From Phoronis australis (taxonomy: Eukaryota > Animalia > Phoronida), in NCBI GenBank assembly GCA_002633005.1, contig NMRA01000736.1:36790-100789 (forward strand): a stretch of 64,000 bases of DNA, written 5' to 3'. The notes beneath the pieces are model-generated. The model saw only the letters and a list, made by a program, of their open reading frames with translations, ran no database searches and was not told the DNA's origin. Positions 35,998-48,210 of this stretch are shown here, in pieces; position 1 is the first letter of the stretch; every line of letters starts with the position of its first letter. The position numbers and the translations under genes are program-made.

Positions 35998-36727
35998 TGT
36001 CAGAATAATGTCTGACAGTATTTTTAGTTGTATTGTTTTGTTTTGTTGTTCTGTTTGATTGGCATGACCCCTGAGTTAAGTACAATGATGATGTAATTTG
36101 TTTACAACAGAATAGTATGGAACTTTCTAGTAGACTGGGTTCAGTAGTGATGATGTAATTTGTTTAACTGCAGTATAGTGTGGAACTTTCTAGAAGACTC
36201 TAGCATGACAGTGATTAATGCAGTCTGGAATATTTTAGAGACTATTATGTGTTTGTAGAATGGTTGGGTAGATTCAGGAAAGTTCTAGAATGTGCTTGAA
36301 TTGATGAAAAGTTCCAGAACAATGCATCAGGCTATAAATACACAAGCAAAGATTTGTGTTAGGGAGTTCATCAGCAGTTCAAGAAAGTTAATCAGGAGAA
36401 TTACAGTTGAGTTGCAGTGAAGAGAATCAGCAGTTACAGCGATAATCAATAGAGAGCCAGCTATATAGACAGTAGGTTATTGAATCAAAGAAGTGTAACA
36501 GTTGGTGAACGTGTCTCAGAAGTTCATCACAAGTCAAGGCTTCGCAGCACCGGCTGGAGCATAAACAGACATTACGTCGGACGTATTGTTTGAGTAGGCT
36601 TGTGAACATACGGTCAGGATTAATAAAGGATTAACTCGAATCAGTCTTCAGTCAATTGGCGCACCGAAAGCTATTAGCACCGGTCTGTAACAACCTGCGC
36701 CCACCCACACACGGGGAGAACGTGACA
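35998..36727 (+). mobile_element. Solo LTR (730 bp) inserted in the LINE RT
   Basis: TGTCA...TGACA termini, 5-bp TSD gactc/gacac (4/5), TATAAATA at 36333-36340 and AATAAA at 36622-36627. The LINE reading frame resumes right after it. Confidence 0.85.
36120..36340 (+). promoter_or_regulatory. Heat-shock-element (nGAAn) cluster and TATA box in the LTR U3 region
   Basis: GAActTTCtaGAA at 36183-36195, TTCagGAAagTTCtaGAAtgTgCttGAA at 36273-36300, GAActTTC at 36120-36127 and TTCcaGAA at 36312-36319. TATA at 36333. Confidence 0.65.
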
Positions 36728-36915
36728 GACACCTTACAATTTCAAACTGACCTAAACAAATTCTATGACTGGTCTTACAAATGGAAGATGAAATTTAAAG
36801 CTGAAACAAGTGTTGATCTTATATTTTCTAAGTCTAATAATACTAATTTCCAAACAAATCTAATGCTGGAATTATCACTTAATGGGGAAGTTATTCCCAA
36901 TAAGTTCACATACTA

Positions 36916-37307
36916 CATAGGCGGATTTAGGGGGGCCGCCCCCCTCCCCCCTTGGCTGCCGCAAAAAATAAGACAGCAAGAGCGTAGGGAAATGTTGAAT
37001 TTATTAATTAACCCCGGTAATTAACATTATACGGCTTAAACAAGATTTAAATGTATGCAGTTTTAGTGTGTTTGGGGGGGAGATCCAATGTCAAGTGTCA
37101 AATTCGGAACACGGCGCAATCGTAACGGAACTATGGCTAAGTATAGGCTCTCCCGCGATATCCCAGGCGAAAAAAATTCCTGGGCGGGAGGGTTGTTCCC
37201 CTCCCGACCTCCCCGCATTCGGTGCCATGCGCATCTCCAATAGTGCTTTGCGTAAATGTTGACAGACAAAATGTTGCCCCCCTTGTGATATCCTAGATCC
37301 GCCACTG
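36916..37307 (-). mobile_element. MITE (CAGTGGCGGATCTAGG family) nested in the LINE
   Basis: Inverted ends cataggcggatttagg / cctagatccgccactg, flanks tacta/cacta. A homologous copy starts at 53428 in the opposite orientation. Confidence 0.8.
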
Positions 37308-37479
37308 CACTAACACCTTGGCTTGCTACTAGACCATAATCTTACATTTACTCCTCACTGTCACGAGCTCGTTCATAAAGAACAAAAATTATTCAATTCA
37401 ATTAGAATTGTCTCTCGTCATCTCAACTTCATGCATTATGAAACTTTGTTCAAATCTTTTGTACTTCCACATCTAGATT

Positions 37480-38520
37480 GTTGGTAGTCCTTCGGGTCCG
37501 AAGATGACGTAGGTTGTGTGTCTCATCGTCTATGTACACGAAGATGGCTCTGCAGTCCCAGCCTTGACGTGCAGAGTCGAGCACAGGTGGGGCATTGGAA
37601 CTCCGTCGTTGTAACAGTGGTGGATGCTGCTAAGTGGCGTTTCTCTAGAGCAGCTTCGAGTCTCTTACAGCGGTCATCCTAAAACTGACAGTTGCTTTTC
37701 GATTCGTGGCTCGCCACTTTCGTCTCTCTCCTTCAACAGCTTTCAGCTCCTTGGGTTTGATGTTGCCACACTTCAGGTTGGCTTTGTAGCGAAGGCGAGG
37801 GCGTCCTTGCTTCCTTCTCCCTGTCTTCAGTTCGCTATACAAAAGCTGCCGAGGCATTCTGTAGTCCTCCATCCTGATGACGTGCCCCACCCATCGCAGT
37901 TGGGCCTTGGGGAGTAGCATCGCTTCAATGCTGGTTGACTGGGCACGTTCTATGACCTCAAGGTTGGTGATTCAGTCCTGCCATCGGATTCCTAGGATGG
38001 AGCGAAGAGAACGCATGTGGAAGCTCTCAAGCTTCTTGATGTGCCTGCGGTAGAGGGTCCATGACTAGCAGCCATAGAGCAGAGAGGTCAGGACCACTGA
38101 ACAATACACCTTCAGTTTAGTAGACAGGCGGATGTTGTGTTCGTTGAGCACCCGTGTTCTCAGTCTTCCGAGTGCTTGGCTCGTCTTGCTTATCCTGGAA
38201 GAAATCTCTTTGTCTAAGCTGCCATCTCTTAATCACACAACAAACCTGTGCGGGATGGTTTTTAAAGTGGTAAAGCCGTTGCACTGGGGCAATTTCACTC
38301 TCTCGGCTGAGGAAACCTTGATCCAGTGGCACAGAAAACTGTTACGGCTGGAGGCCACCCCCGCTGCAGTGGATGACCATGACTTCTTTGGTGCCTCGTC
38401 GTGCTCTGAGCGCTCCACAGCGCTTGCTGAGACCGCCGTCTTGACCGTTGGACCACTGGGGGTCTCTTCCGCTCAGTCTGCCGGAGCCAGTCTTCACATG
38501 CTAGGGTAGGCAGTCCCTAA
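37480..38520 (-). mobile_element. Internally deleted RTE-clade LINE nested in the CR1 LINE
   Basis: 11-bp TSD acatctagatt (37469-37479) / acatctaggtt (38521-38531). Encodes DGSLDKEISSRISK...LSTKLKVY...LLYGC*SWTLYRRHIKKLESFHMRSLRSILGIRWQD...QLRWVGHVIRMEDYRMPRQLLYSEL..G.R..GRPRLRYK and the C2H2 finger CPTCARLCTSRLGLQSHLRVH. 3' hairpin cttcgg-ac-ccgaag. Confidence 0.9.
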
Positions 38521-41500
38521 ACATCTAGGTTACTGAGACATAATTTACCAATCGGCAAACGCTAGCATACTTTTTCAATTAGAAAGACTACAATACTAAA
38601 CAGCTTTAGCCATAACAGGAGCATACAAAGGATCCAACACAATCCAGGTTCTCAACAGTCCCAACTGGAGCAAACTAGCAACTCGTCTGAAACTCCACAT
38701 GTCCATGTATATACATTCAAAGTCTTAACCAACATAAACAATAATTCAAACAAAATCCTCTTTGACTCCTACAAAAGACTTAACACGAGAACAGGATTGC
38801 GGCAAAGTAATATATACACTATTCCATCTTCTCTCAGCCAAGCCTTCAGGAGATCTACGATTTTAACTTGCATTGACAACTGGAATCCCTTACAATCCAA
38901 AATAAAAGAAAGCACTTCAATCGCCAGTCTAAAAAAATTAAAATACATACCACTACTCAAAACTTGATAGTCCCACTGACATCATTCCAACTTCCTCGCA
39001 ACCATGAAATAATCCTATACAGATCACTATGCGATATATTCCTAAACAACAAGAAATTTAGACATAATTTCAATAATATTTCGCCTCTGTGTTGCTGTGG
39101 AGACGCACAGACAAATGCTCATGTTTTCTTTGTTCGTGAGGTAAGCAAGGAGCAGAGGGTACATCTTTTCCAGACACTCCAACAATACCCCAATGTTTAC
39201 AAAATATTCTGAAATTCCGCAATTGTACAACAAAACAAATCTTTTTCTATATGGATGTCAAGAACTCGACCAAAATGAAAAAAAGATTTTATTGGAAATA
39301 GTATCAACATTTCTTTATAATATTAAATCTCTTTGTGTGAGGGGTTACAATTATATGCATGTGTATGAAAATGATTTATTTACATTCGTAATCACATTTC
39401 TTTGTAATCTTAACATCGGTTTTTTAATTTATGCATTTGTGTATAACAATTGTATATATATTTCTTTGTATTTATTTAACCCAGATACAATGCCTCTTGG
39501 CGCTTTGCGGGTTATGTATATTCATTGTATTGAAGATTTCGTAACAAACATTAAAAATTCATAGGAGAATCAACGACCACTAGACATCAGACAGACATTT
39601 TTCATCAACATTTTCTCAGAATTCGACGAATGCGATTGGCGGTGACAGAATGAAAAAACTTTATGAGCATTGCGTAAATCAGACAGCAAATATCATGATG
39701 GTTTCAAGGAGACAATTTAATTCACTTCGTGTCTTCCTAAAACCGCTTTGAGAAAGCGATGAAGTTAAACGGCGCACGTGTACATGTATTATCAAGTGCC
39801 TGTCGTCAAGATCAAAGAAAGGAGTTACTAGATATATTCTCAAGTGTCTGACATCAACATCAAACACCAAGGGAGTCAAGGTTACGTGTACCCCTAATTA
39901 GAATGCTGTTTCCTTGAAATACATAATAAGCAATTAGTGAGTGATCAACCCATAAAAGTGTATATTCCCTGAAACTTGAAACCGAAACAAATATATTCGT
40001 CTCATTCACAGCACTGTACCATTTCCGAGTTTACGTGACCACGCCTTTTCGGTAAAATATCGATCTTTGAAAAGTATTTTGATAGGGAAGTACCACGTGT
40101 ACTTTCACCAGCATTTATCAAACCTTCTGCGTTGAAACTTTGTTTTAATACTGAAACATCGTGTTTGAAATTTTCCGTAGCTAGTGCCAAATGTTAAAAA
40201 TACTTTCAGCGTTTAGCACTTGTTTAAAATAATACGAGTATTGATTTTAAATTCAGCATGTAAAATAACAAAAGTTCTAGTAAAAGTCTAAAGTTGTCAC
40301 ATTAAGACACTTCCGGCAGTCAGAATATTCAAAGGCTGTGAACACCGACGGACTATTTCTTTAGATGTTGTGTTTCGACGTTTGAGGTCATGCTCAAACA
40401 GCAGTCGCCGAAAAACGTGTAGGCCTATTGTGTCAACATTAGAATATTCATTGTCTTGCTTTGTATTTTGCTGGGTTCCATTTGAATTATATAATTATAG
40501 AGAAAAGATTCTTTTTGAAACCAACGAAACCGTATCTTGCGTAAAACGTGTTCAACCGTTTCGTCCATATCTCACGGACTTGTTTCACCAGCGGGTGCGC
40601 CCTCTAACGTTGAAGAATAAAACAATAAAATAATAAAATCAATATCGGGAATTCCCTAGTGTTGGGGGAAATCCCGCCACAAATCCTAATACACCGCAGG
40701 TAGGTCCAGTCCTGGGTCTTTGTTGGGACTGGGTCTATGGATTTGGACTTCAATAGCCTCTAGTACATTTCCTTGCCACTTATCCGGTTGTAGACTCAAA
40801 TATACTAAAGTAGGCCTACTTATCAGAGATCTAATGATGTAGGTCTCTGGTATGCTCTTCTACAGCCGTTTTTACATATCATGTATAAAACAATTCAAAA
40901 CAATTGATGAAAATACTATTGTCGCTCCCAGTGTGTTTATTATGTCTGGTTATCTAAAGAATGATAAGACCAGCAGCCTGTGACATCCAGAGGTGGTACA
41001 TGTTGTCTTTGATATTTGCGAAGGGTTTTGCGTTACGCAAACCGGTCAAGTTGCTCAGTTGCGACCGGTGACAGTGTCCACGAAAGATTATCTCCATGAG
41101 AATCAGTTGTATCCTCGATGCGAGCCATAAAATACGTCCAAAATAAGTGAAGAATCGTTGCATGCAATGTATATCTATGGGCTGACACATGCATGCTTGA
41201 TATTTAATCGTGAAATTAAGGCGTATCCAACGTCTTAGCAGTGTAATCAATTGAATCATCAGGTAATTTTTTCATTGATTCGCTAATTATGTTTAAGACC
41301 AAATTCACGTCTCGCCCAAGCGCCGAACAAAACACTGTTCCTGGAGCATATACCAGTTGATCCTGTTTGCGTTATCCAGTTGTTTTTCCATTAAGTTGAA
41401 ACGTCAAGGAGGGTTAATCTCAAATGAAGTATGGTCTTAGTAGAGTGCAGGGAATATCAATCCAATGCAATGACGCACGCATGCTAAGCTTGATAGCTGC

Positions 41501-43289
41501 CCATACTGAGACACTTTTCTCCGATCAGCAATGACGTCACGGAATTGTCCCCCTTAAAAGACAATGTGTGAGAAAGTCAAGCAATATGATTAATTTCAGA
41601 AAAAAAGGAAAGCAACCAATTTTTTGAAGTTGAGTAAGCATCTTCAGCAATAAGAACAAGTGTTAGACAAGCAATAAATTCCAAGGAAATGTTTGTATAC
41701 AAGGATGCAATGTGTCCAGTGTCTATTTTCAATAGCAATTCCCGTTGCGGTGCAGACGCGAGACGTTAAAACGTTAATTTAAATTAATTTTTGGGAAAGC
41801 TCAGAAAGAGAACACACAAACATCAATATGTTAATAGGGACGGCAGTGTACTTTAGAATAGCGTGTTTGTATTTCGTTTTTGTGTATTACATGTAATTCT
41901 GACTTTTAATACGGTTACTTTAGGTCATTTGGACTTAGTTAGGCGTGCAATTTTGAAGAAAAATGGTTCCCAATGACAGATCTTACATGTCAAACATGAA
42001 GTACGATGCACTCTAAAGAACAAGTTAACGCTATAAATCAACACATTATAGGATTGTTTTTTCAACGCGTGGCGTTAAATAGGCAATTATTGTGAAAACG
42101 CTTTCATGTTAATCTTTTTTGTTTTGGATAATTTTACATGCCATAATGTTAACAGTAGATGTAGGTGGTGTTAAAAGGTTGCTCAGTTTATAACACCTAT
42201 CCATCAAAAAATAGTATCCATCATTTTCTTAAAGCCTTTAATCCACCATGGCATTTGTTCTATCACTCAAATATAAACAAGAGCAACTCGGAGCGTTGAA
42301 ATGCGCCCACAAATGCACCGCAAACGGCTCAGTTGGTTGTGGCTTACATATGTCTGCAGCATTTCTCGTGCGAGTGGGTCGAGTTATACGGCCTGAAACC
42401 CGAGGAAAGTTCGCTAAGTGTGAAATCGAATTCATTGTCTGGTTCTTCAAGTACGTGAGTGATGCCCGCATCCTTTCTCTTTTCTGTCTGTACATGTATA
42501 ACAATTGCCTAGTTCTCGCTCAAAATCGTCCTCGTCTTCTGATCTGCTGTGTTCCGCTATTGCAACTGATTCTCAAGTGACCAAACGTCTTCCACCCATT
42601 ACCTGTACATCATTTGAGGGAAAACTTGGAAATAACCAATTTTTCTTCAAGTGCTTATTTAGTTAGCTTGTATGGTATTCATTTCATAATAGCTGAATGA
42701 AACCTCAAAAAAACTAAGACAATGTATGCTGAGTGTCAGAATAAATATTGATTGAGTAATTAGAAAGAGTAGATCCATTTTCAGTAGTCCAAAATTTGTG
42801 CATGTGTAGTTTTAAATCACGGGGTCAGACTTGTTGACGTGTACTTTAACGTCAAAATCTATTTTTAAATGGTGTTTTCAACTTTAGGTTTTGGGGTCAA
42901 AGTACTCCAGAGATTCTAGAAAATTCTGCGAACAAACTGTAACAGCCAATGATATGATTGGATATGATCATGTGGTTTTTATTAAGCAATCACTAAATAA
43001 GTAGAATATTATAATATGAGATTAAGTCAACAAGATTTTCAGATGAACTGTAGTAGTTGAAGTATAAAGACTTGCTACAGTGTACAGAGGAAATTGTACG
43101 ATAGAGCCATCTTGTGGAAAACACCTTCTCATTTGAAATGGGCTTTTCTCAAATAAATGAGCTTCGAAAAAAGACTTAAAGTGAATACTTAATAAGGTAT
43201 TGCCCAGACAATACCACACTTGCAAATTCATTAATCGGTCTATCCTACATGTATATATCCCCTTGGCCCCCCTCTAAATCCGCCACTGG

Positions 43290-43859
43290 GCAGAGCGCGC
43301 TCATCAACGAGAGCTACAGCAAGCTGAATACGAACACAAGCTTGAGCAAGAACGAGCCGAGCGGGCCTAAGCAACTGAGATTGAGAAGCAGAAGACACTG
43401 CAACTCTAGATTGAGCTCAAAGCGACACCTAGTGGTTTGGCTGTAAGCAGTGGTGTACGCACCAGTCGTCACAAACTGCAAAGGTTCGACGAGCGCGTCC
43501 AGGACATGGATGCCTTCCCAGCCCGATTTAAGACATTCGCCACAAGCCAGATGTGGGATAAATCGGAGTGGGCTGTGGACTTGAGTACATTGTTGACAGG
43601 TAAAGGCCTACAGGTGTTAAACAACATGCCTCCCGACAACATTAACAACTATGACCAACTAAAGGTGGCGCTGCTGCACTGGTATGAATTAACCGAAGAT
43701 GGGTTCCGACGAAAGTTCAGAGAGTCTAAGCCGGAAAAGGGTGAAAACGTGTTCCAATTCGGGGCAAGACTGAAAAGGCTCTTAGACCGATGGACACAAC
43801 TGGCTGAGGTCGAGGCGACTTATGATGGACTCAGAAACCTACTGATCCGAGTGCAGTTT
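43290..43859 (+). pseudogene. Ty3/Gypsy (Gmr1-like) gag fragment: coiled coil plus capsid/SCAN-related region
   Basis: AERAHQRELQQAEYEHKLEQERAERA*...KLQRFDERVQDMDAF..RF..FA....W....WA..LS.LLTGK....YDQLKVALL..YELTEDGFRRKFRESKPEKGE...QF..RL..LLDRW......YDGLRNLLIRVQF. Two upstream stops, no pol and no LTR nearby. Confidence 0.85.
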
Positions 43860-44065
43860 AACACTGACATACATGTACTTCTAGGAAAAACCGCTTGAAG
43901 ACGCTTCACTATAATTTCTTGACTTTTTGTAGTAACTGTTACTTCAGACATGAGTATACCGTTATTAGGCCTACGTGTCAATATTCCCACTTCAAAGCGT
44001 CATTTATTTTCTCCCGTTTTCTTGTCAGTTTGGCAACTAGCGAGGAACTACGGTTTTGGTGCTCA

Positions 44066-44674
44066 GGTGGCACTCAATAGTTTTTTCGAGCCACAGTCAA
44101 TTTCACCAATTCGCAAGAAATTGGCGCCAGCTGGATTGGCTGGATATTTTGAGATTTGCTGTAAATGTGGTGGCTACGAATGGCATTTGTTAATTATTTT
44201 GAATGTCCTTTTGAAAAAAAATCAGTTTGTTGCCCACTTGACCTATTTTCCTTGCAACTGTGGCTGTTTATAAACACTCTACCACTTCCTTTTGTGGCTG
44301 GAAATTCAGGTACCCCTCGGACTTTCCAGGTTATCGAAAAAACGGTCTGATCGGCACCCATTGTCTCGTGTTTTGGAATTCTGAGTGTGTTGTCTGATGG
44401 CTTCAAGTAGTTGCATGCGAGTCGTGGTTTTATGGTGGAAACTGCCAATTTTGTGTATGTATTTTGCTCGTTTTTTAGCATGGCCGGCTGGGTCATAAAC
44501 GCAAAAAACGCATTTTGAATGCCAGTTGTTAGTATTTAGGCAAGATTTATATGTGGTCAGTAACTGCAGATGTTTCATATTTTGTGGTTTTGTGGCAAAA
44601 AAGAAAAACTGATTTCCTTCAGTTCCCCCTTGCCTGGAAAGGCAAAAATGAGGAAAAACTGTTGAGCGCCACCT
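44066..44674. repeat. Inverted repeat pair, probably an old MITE
   Basis: aggtggcactcaatagttttt (about 44066-44086) vs aaaaactgttgagcgccacct (about 44654-44674), 19/21. Confidence 0.5.
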
Positions 44675-45449
44675 CAAGTTTAATTTGCTTGAATTGCTGC
44701 GTCGACAGGAAATTAAGTGTTCGGAAGCGCAAACTTTTATTTAGTTCATTGCAAGGTATTTTGTTTACCACCATTTGTAAATTCTCCCGGTATGTCTACT
44801 TTAATAATACGTGAACAGCATGAGCACGAATAATAATAGAAACACAAATAGATGAATTTCCTAAATCAAAAAATCTACGTGTGATTTTTCAAACACTGAT
44901 TAGTTTCGCTTTGCAATATGTTTTTAAGTCGCTCACTTGTTATTGCGTCGCAACTAAGATATATTGACTCCATCAAAGACTACAGCGGTTAGATGTAGGT
45001 GCAAATTTAATGTAATAAAAACAATTAATTTCAATGCACTTCCAAGTACTTCCAAGATCCGTTAACTCTCTCTAGAGAACAGCTAGGGGGGTTGTTAGTC
45101 ACTAAGATTTTAAAATAACAAAATTGTTTTAATTCCGCGTAACTTAACGACCTGTTGACTCCAACAAATATATATAATATAAACAAGAAACTCTAGCGCA
45201 GCGCCAGTCTGTATCTCTAGGGAGCAGAGACCAGAGTGCACCAATCGTAAATATTCTAAAACTCATAGTACATGTGGTTCTGTGGTCGTACAACTACGAT
45301 AAATTGAGCTTATATCAAAGGAAGCAGTGGTTAAATGTACAATACGTGCAATTCAAAAATTAATTTAGAAAGTCTTTTTTGATGTGCTGATCTGTTTACT
45401 CTGTCTATATGCATTATTGACTGGAGTGCATGAAACGCAGATATTTTAA

Positions 45450-47435
45450 GGTAAGTGGATACACAAAAAAAATTAATTTTGACTGTTTTTACATTTTTAT
45501 GTCATCCTAATCTTTAATTCTTGATGCACAGTATACTGAAGAAAAATAAAATCATTCTGAAAATCCAAAGTTGTTTTTTAGCTGTATTTGACCAAGCCTC
45601 AGTAAGTCATATGGCTTGAGTGCTCACCACCTCAGTGATTGACAACTGGGGCGGAGCTCATATACAAGGACACTGGCTCTAATCTAACAAGCATTGCGTA
45701 ACCGGGCAATCGAGAGTGATGTAACAGCTGATATTGGTGTTGTAGCAAGACCAAAAATAAAACAATTCTATTTTTCACCATGTGAAAGTTGGTAGTGAAA
45801 TGGTGAACTAGCTCCTGTTCCGAGCCTGAGCCTGTTTGTCTATCTGCAAAAAAATTAAGTTGAGTACGCCAAGCCCTACCGAAGCCATCACTGCACTCAG
45901 CTTGAGGAGTCCGTGCAGAAATTGTGCATGTATAAGAGAAGTCGGTAATATAAGGTCAGGTGTCTTGCGAGAGGACGCTGAGTGTCGACGTGGGTGGTGT
46001 TGCACGATTCGGTGAGAGTGCATGCACGCGCTGTGAAGACAAGCCGCGCGCGCGACACATGGACAACCAATGAGATAAATATAACTATGTATACAGTGTA
46101 TAGCTCATTGTGGACAACTACATGCCGTCAGAGTAGAGTCTTCGCAGATAAACCGTGCTTCTGTGCTGGGAACTCGCCGTGGAGAAACTAGGCTGTCAAA
46201 CCCAGAAGATTTTTAACTTGCCACTGGCCGTAACCCAAAGAATTAGAGAAATGACTCAGTGTTCAACATAACAAAAGTTTTTCTACTGCATAGATTCAAA
46301 CGTAACAATGAATTAAAACTCATGATATTATACGATTTTAGAGGAAAGCAATATAAGAAACTTTAGTAACTTGAGAATCTCACCCAAGCGGCGCTATTTG
46401 CGCCGAAAGTGATATTTTCTTATCCCAAAGTCCATTCGGTACAGGCACGTAAAAATGTTGAACCATTACTATGAAAGTAGTTCTTTATCCTCGTCGCCAA
46501 CATTCTTATGTAGGCAGTAACGCGGCGATTTGATATAACACATATATTGTTTGATGATAATATTGGAATACTAACAAATAGGTCTGTGTAATATAGTTAG
46601 AGAGTCTTTTACAAACTGAGTGGAGAGTTCAGATGAATCGTATAAACAATTACACATGGTCGGCAACCCAGTACAGCAGACAATAGATCAACGCTAAGCT
46701 CCGCCCACGTGACAGCCATATTGGTTTTGGTCGTCTGTCGTGCTTCACAAGTTCGAAAAAATGATTAAATTACGCTGTAAACAAACAGGTATGACACATT
46801 TTCTAAATATGAAGTAAATATCAGCTTTATTTCTAGTACTTCAACAAAAATTGGAACACAATGACCACGCATTCTGAACGAAATTTGATCTCAAGTGGCA
46901 ATCGATGACGCTTAACTTCAAAGCCGTTTTTCTCGGCTCGTGATTTCAAGATAGTGACAAGATTCTCGGGACTATTTTTCCACAACACGTTTGTCAATTT
47001 TTACGAAAGTTGCAAATTTGAAATCCTCTAGGACTGAAGTAAAATCGCGTGCCAGGGTTTTTTGATAAATGGACCAGATTTTTAGTTATTAGACGGAAAG
47101 TGACCAAATGACAAAAAGTGGCGTGCTTGCCCCAACTCACACACAAAAAATGCCACAAAATCAAGATCATAATGATTTTGTACATATATTTGGTATGGAT
47201 AACTAGAATATTGCGTAAGGAAACAGTTGATGATGATCCCTGTGCATTTTGAAAAAAAATTCGAGGTAAAATTGGATTTTTTGAAAATTAAAAAATACGA
47301 TTTTTTAAAAAACGAACTATAAAAAAACTTTTTCCCAATTTTTGTCACTTTCAGAGTCATATCTAACTAGTTAAAACTCCCTTTTTACTCATTTTAGTTA
47401 GGAACCTGGAGATTTGATCAGTGTATACACCTACC
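45450..47435. mobile_element. Non-autonomous Kolobok-like element (about 2 kb)
   Basis: TTAA on both sides (45446-45449, 47436-47439). TIR ggtaagtggatacac / gtgtatacacctacc matches 13/15. Internal inverted motif gggcggagct (about 45648) / agctccgccc (about 46697). No coding remnant recognised. Confidence 0.75.
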
Positions 47436-48097
47436 TTAATTAGCTTATTTTCTTGCCATGCAAGCACGACCTAATGACTCTATGAAAGAGAACAGTGGTT
47501 ATGCACGTGACGTGCATTTCTAAGACGAATTAAAAGCCATTTTAATGTGCTGCCAAAAATCGTTTTGCTGTGTCTATAGGAACAGTGACGGAGGGCAAGA
47601 ACCAAAAATATCTTAAAACTTAAATTGCTTCCAGTACTACGCAACTACTACACGTATCCGTTGACTTGTCGATGGATCTGTGGTTCTAAAACAAGTAAAA
47701 AGCCTTCAAAACTATAACTATTATTCTAGAATACAAAATGGTCGGTCTCACTTATCTGCAATGAATAATTTCGAAATGTACCGCAATGTAACATAGCTCA
47801 GACATGTTTGTTGCATTTTGTGAAGGCATTATTAATCTGATCGGCAGCTTCAGCATGAATGTGTACAATTTTTGGAATACAGACAGAAAAGCCAAAAAAA
47901 GTATTGCGCCGGAAGATTTGGATGACTTTATTGCGGAAGGCAAGCTGCCATTCCTTTTGGACGTTCACTATGTAATTGGTCATTTCCAGTAAACAACTCA
48001 TTTTCAAATGAACGGAAATGATGCCAATGACTTATGAACATATCTTAATCTGTCGGTAGATATACACTGTAAGGTCATGATCCCTGAAGATCTAATG

Positions 48098-48210
48098 AAG
48101 GTAATAGTCTGATATAACGTGCCCGAATGTTGAGAACCAGTTTTTCCACTATATAACGGGCATCAAACTGGTTCTCAAAATGCGGGTACGTTATATCAGA
48201 CTATTGCCTT
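48098..48210. repeat. Near-perfect palindrome (46-bp arms), mini-MITE
   Basis: 48098-48143 vs 48165-48210 match 42/46 around a 21-nt loop. The right end runs into ttaa. Confidence 0.88.

Larger units (their letters stand above)
35840..39560 (+). mobile_element. 5'-truncated, decayed CR1-group LINE (3' half of ORF2) interrupted by three nested insertions
   Basis: Collinear RT pieces: VPQGSVLGPFLF*LYINDL...LYADDTAI (about 35855-35960), LQFQTDLNKFYDWSYKWKMKF (36734 onward), HLGLLLDHNLTF...KSFVLPHLD (37314-37478), DIIYQSA...LERLQY*TALAITGAYKGS (38537 onward), and the degenerate zinc knuckle SPLCCCGDAQTNAHVFF (about 39080-39130). Confidence 0.88.

Noticed and set aside
37624-38509. + strand ORFs 37624-37917 and 38132-38509
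   Set aside because: They are antisense to the RTE remnant and show no independent protein features.
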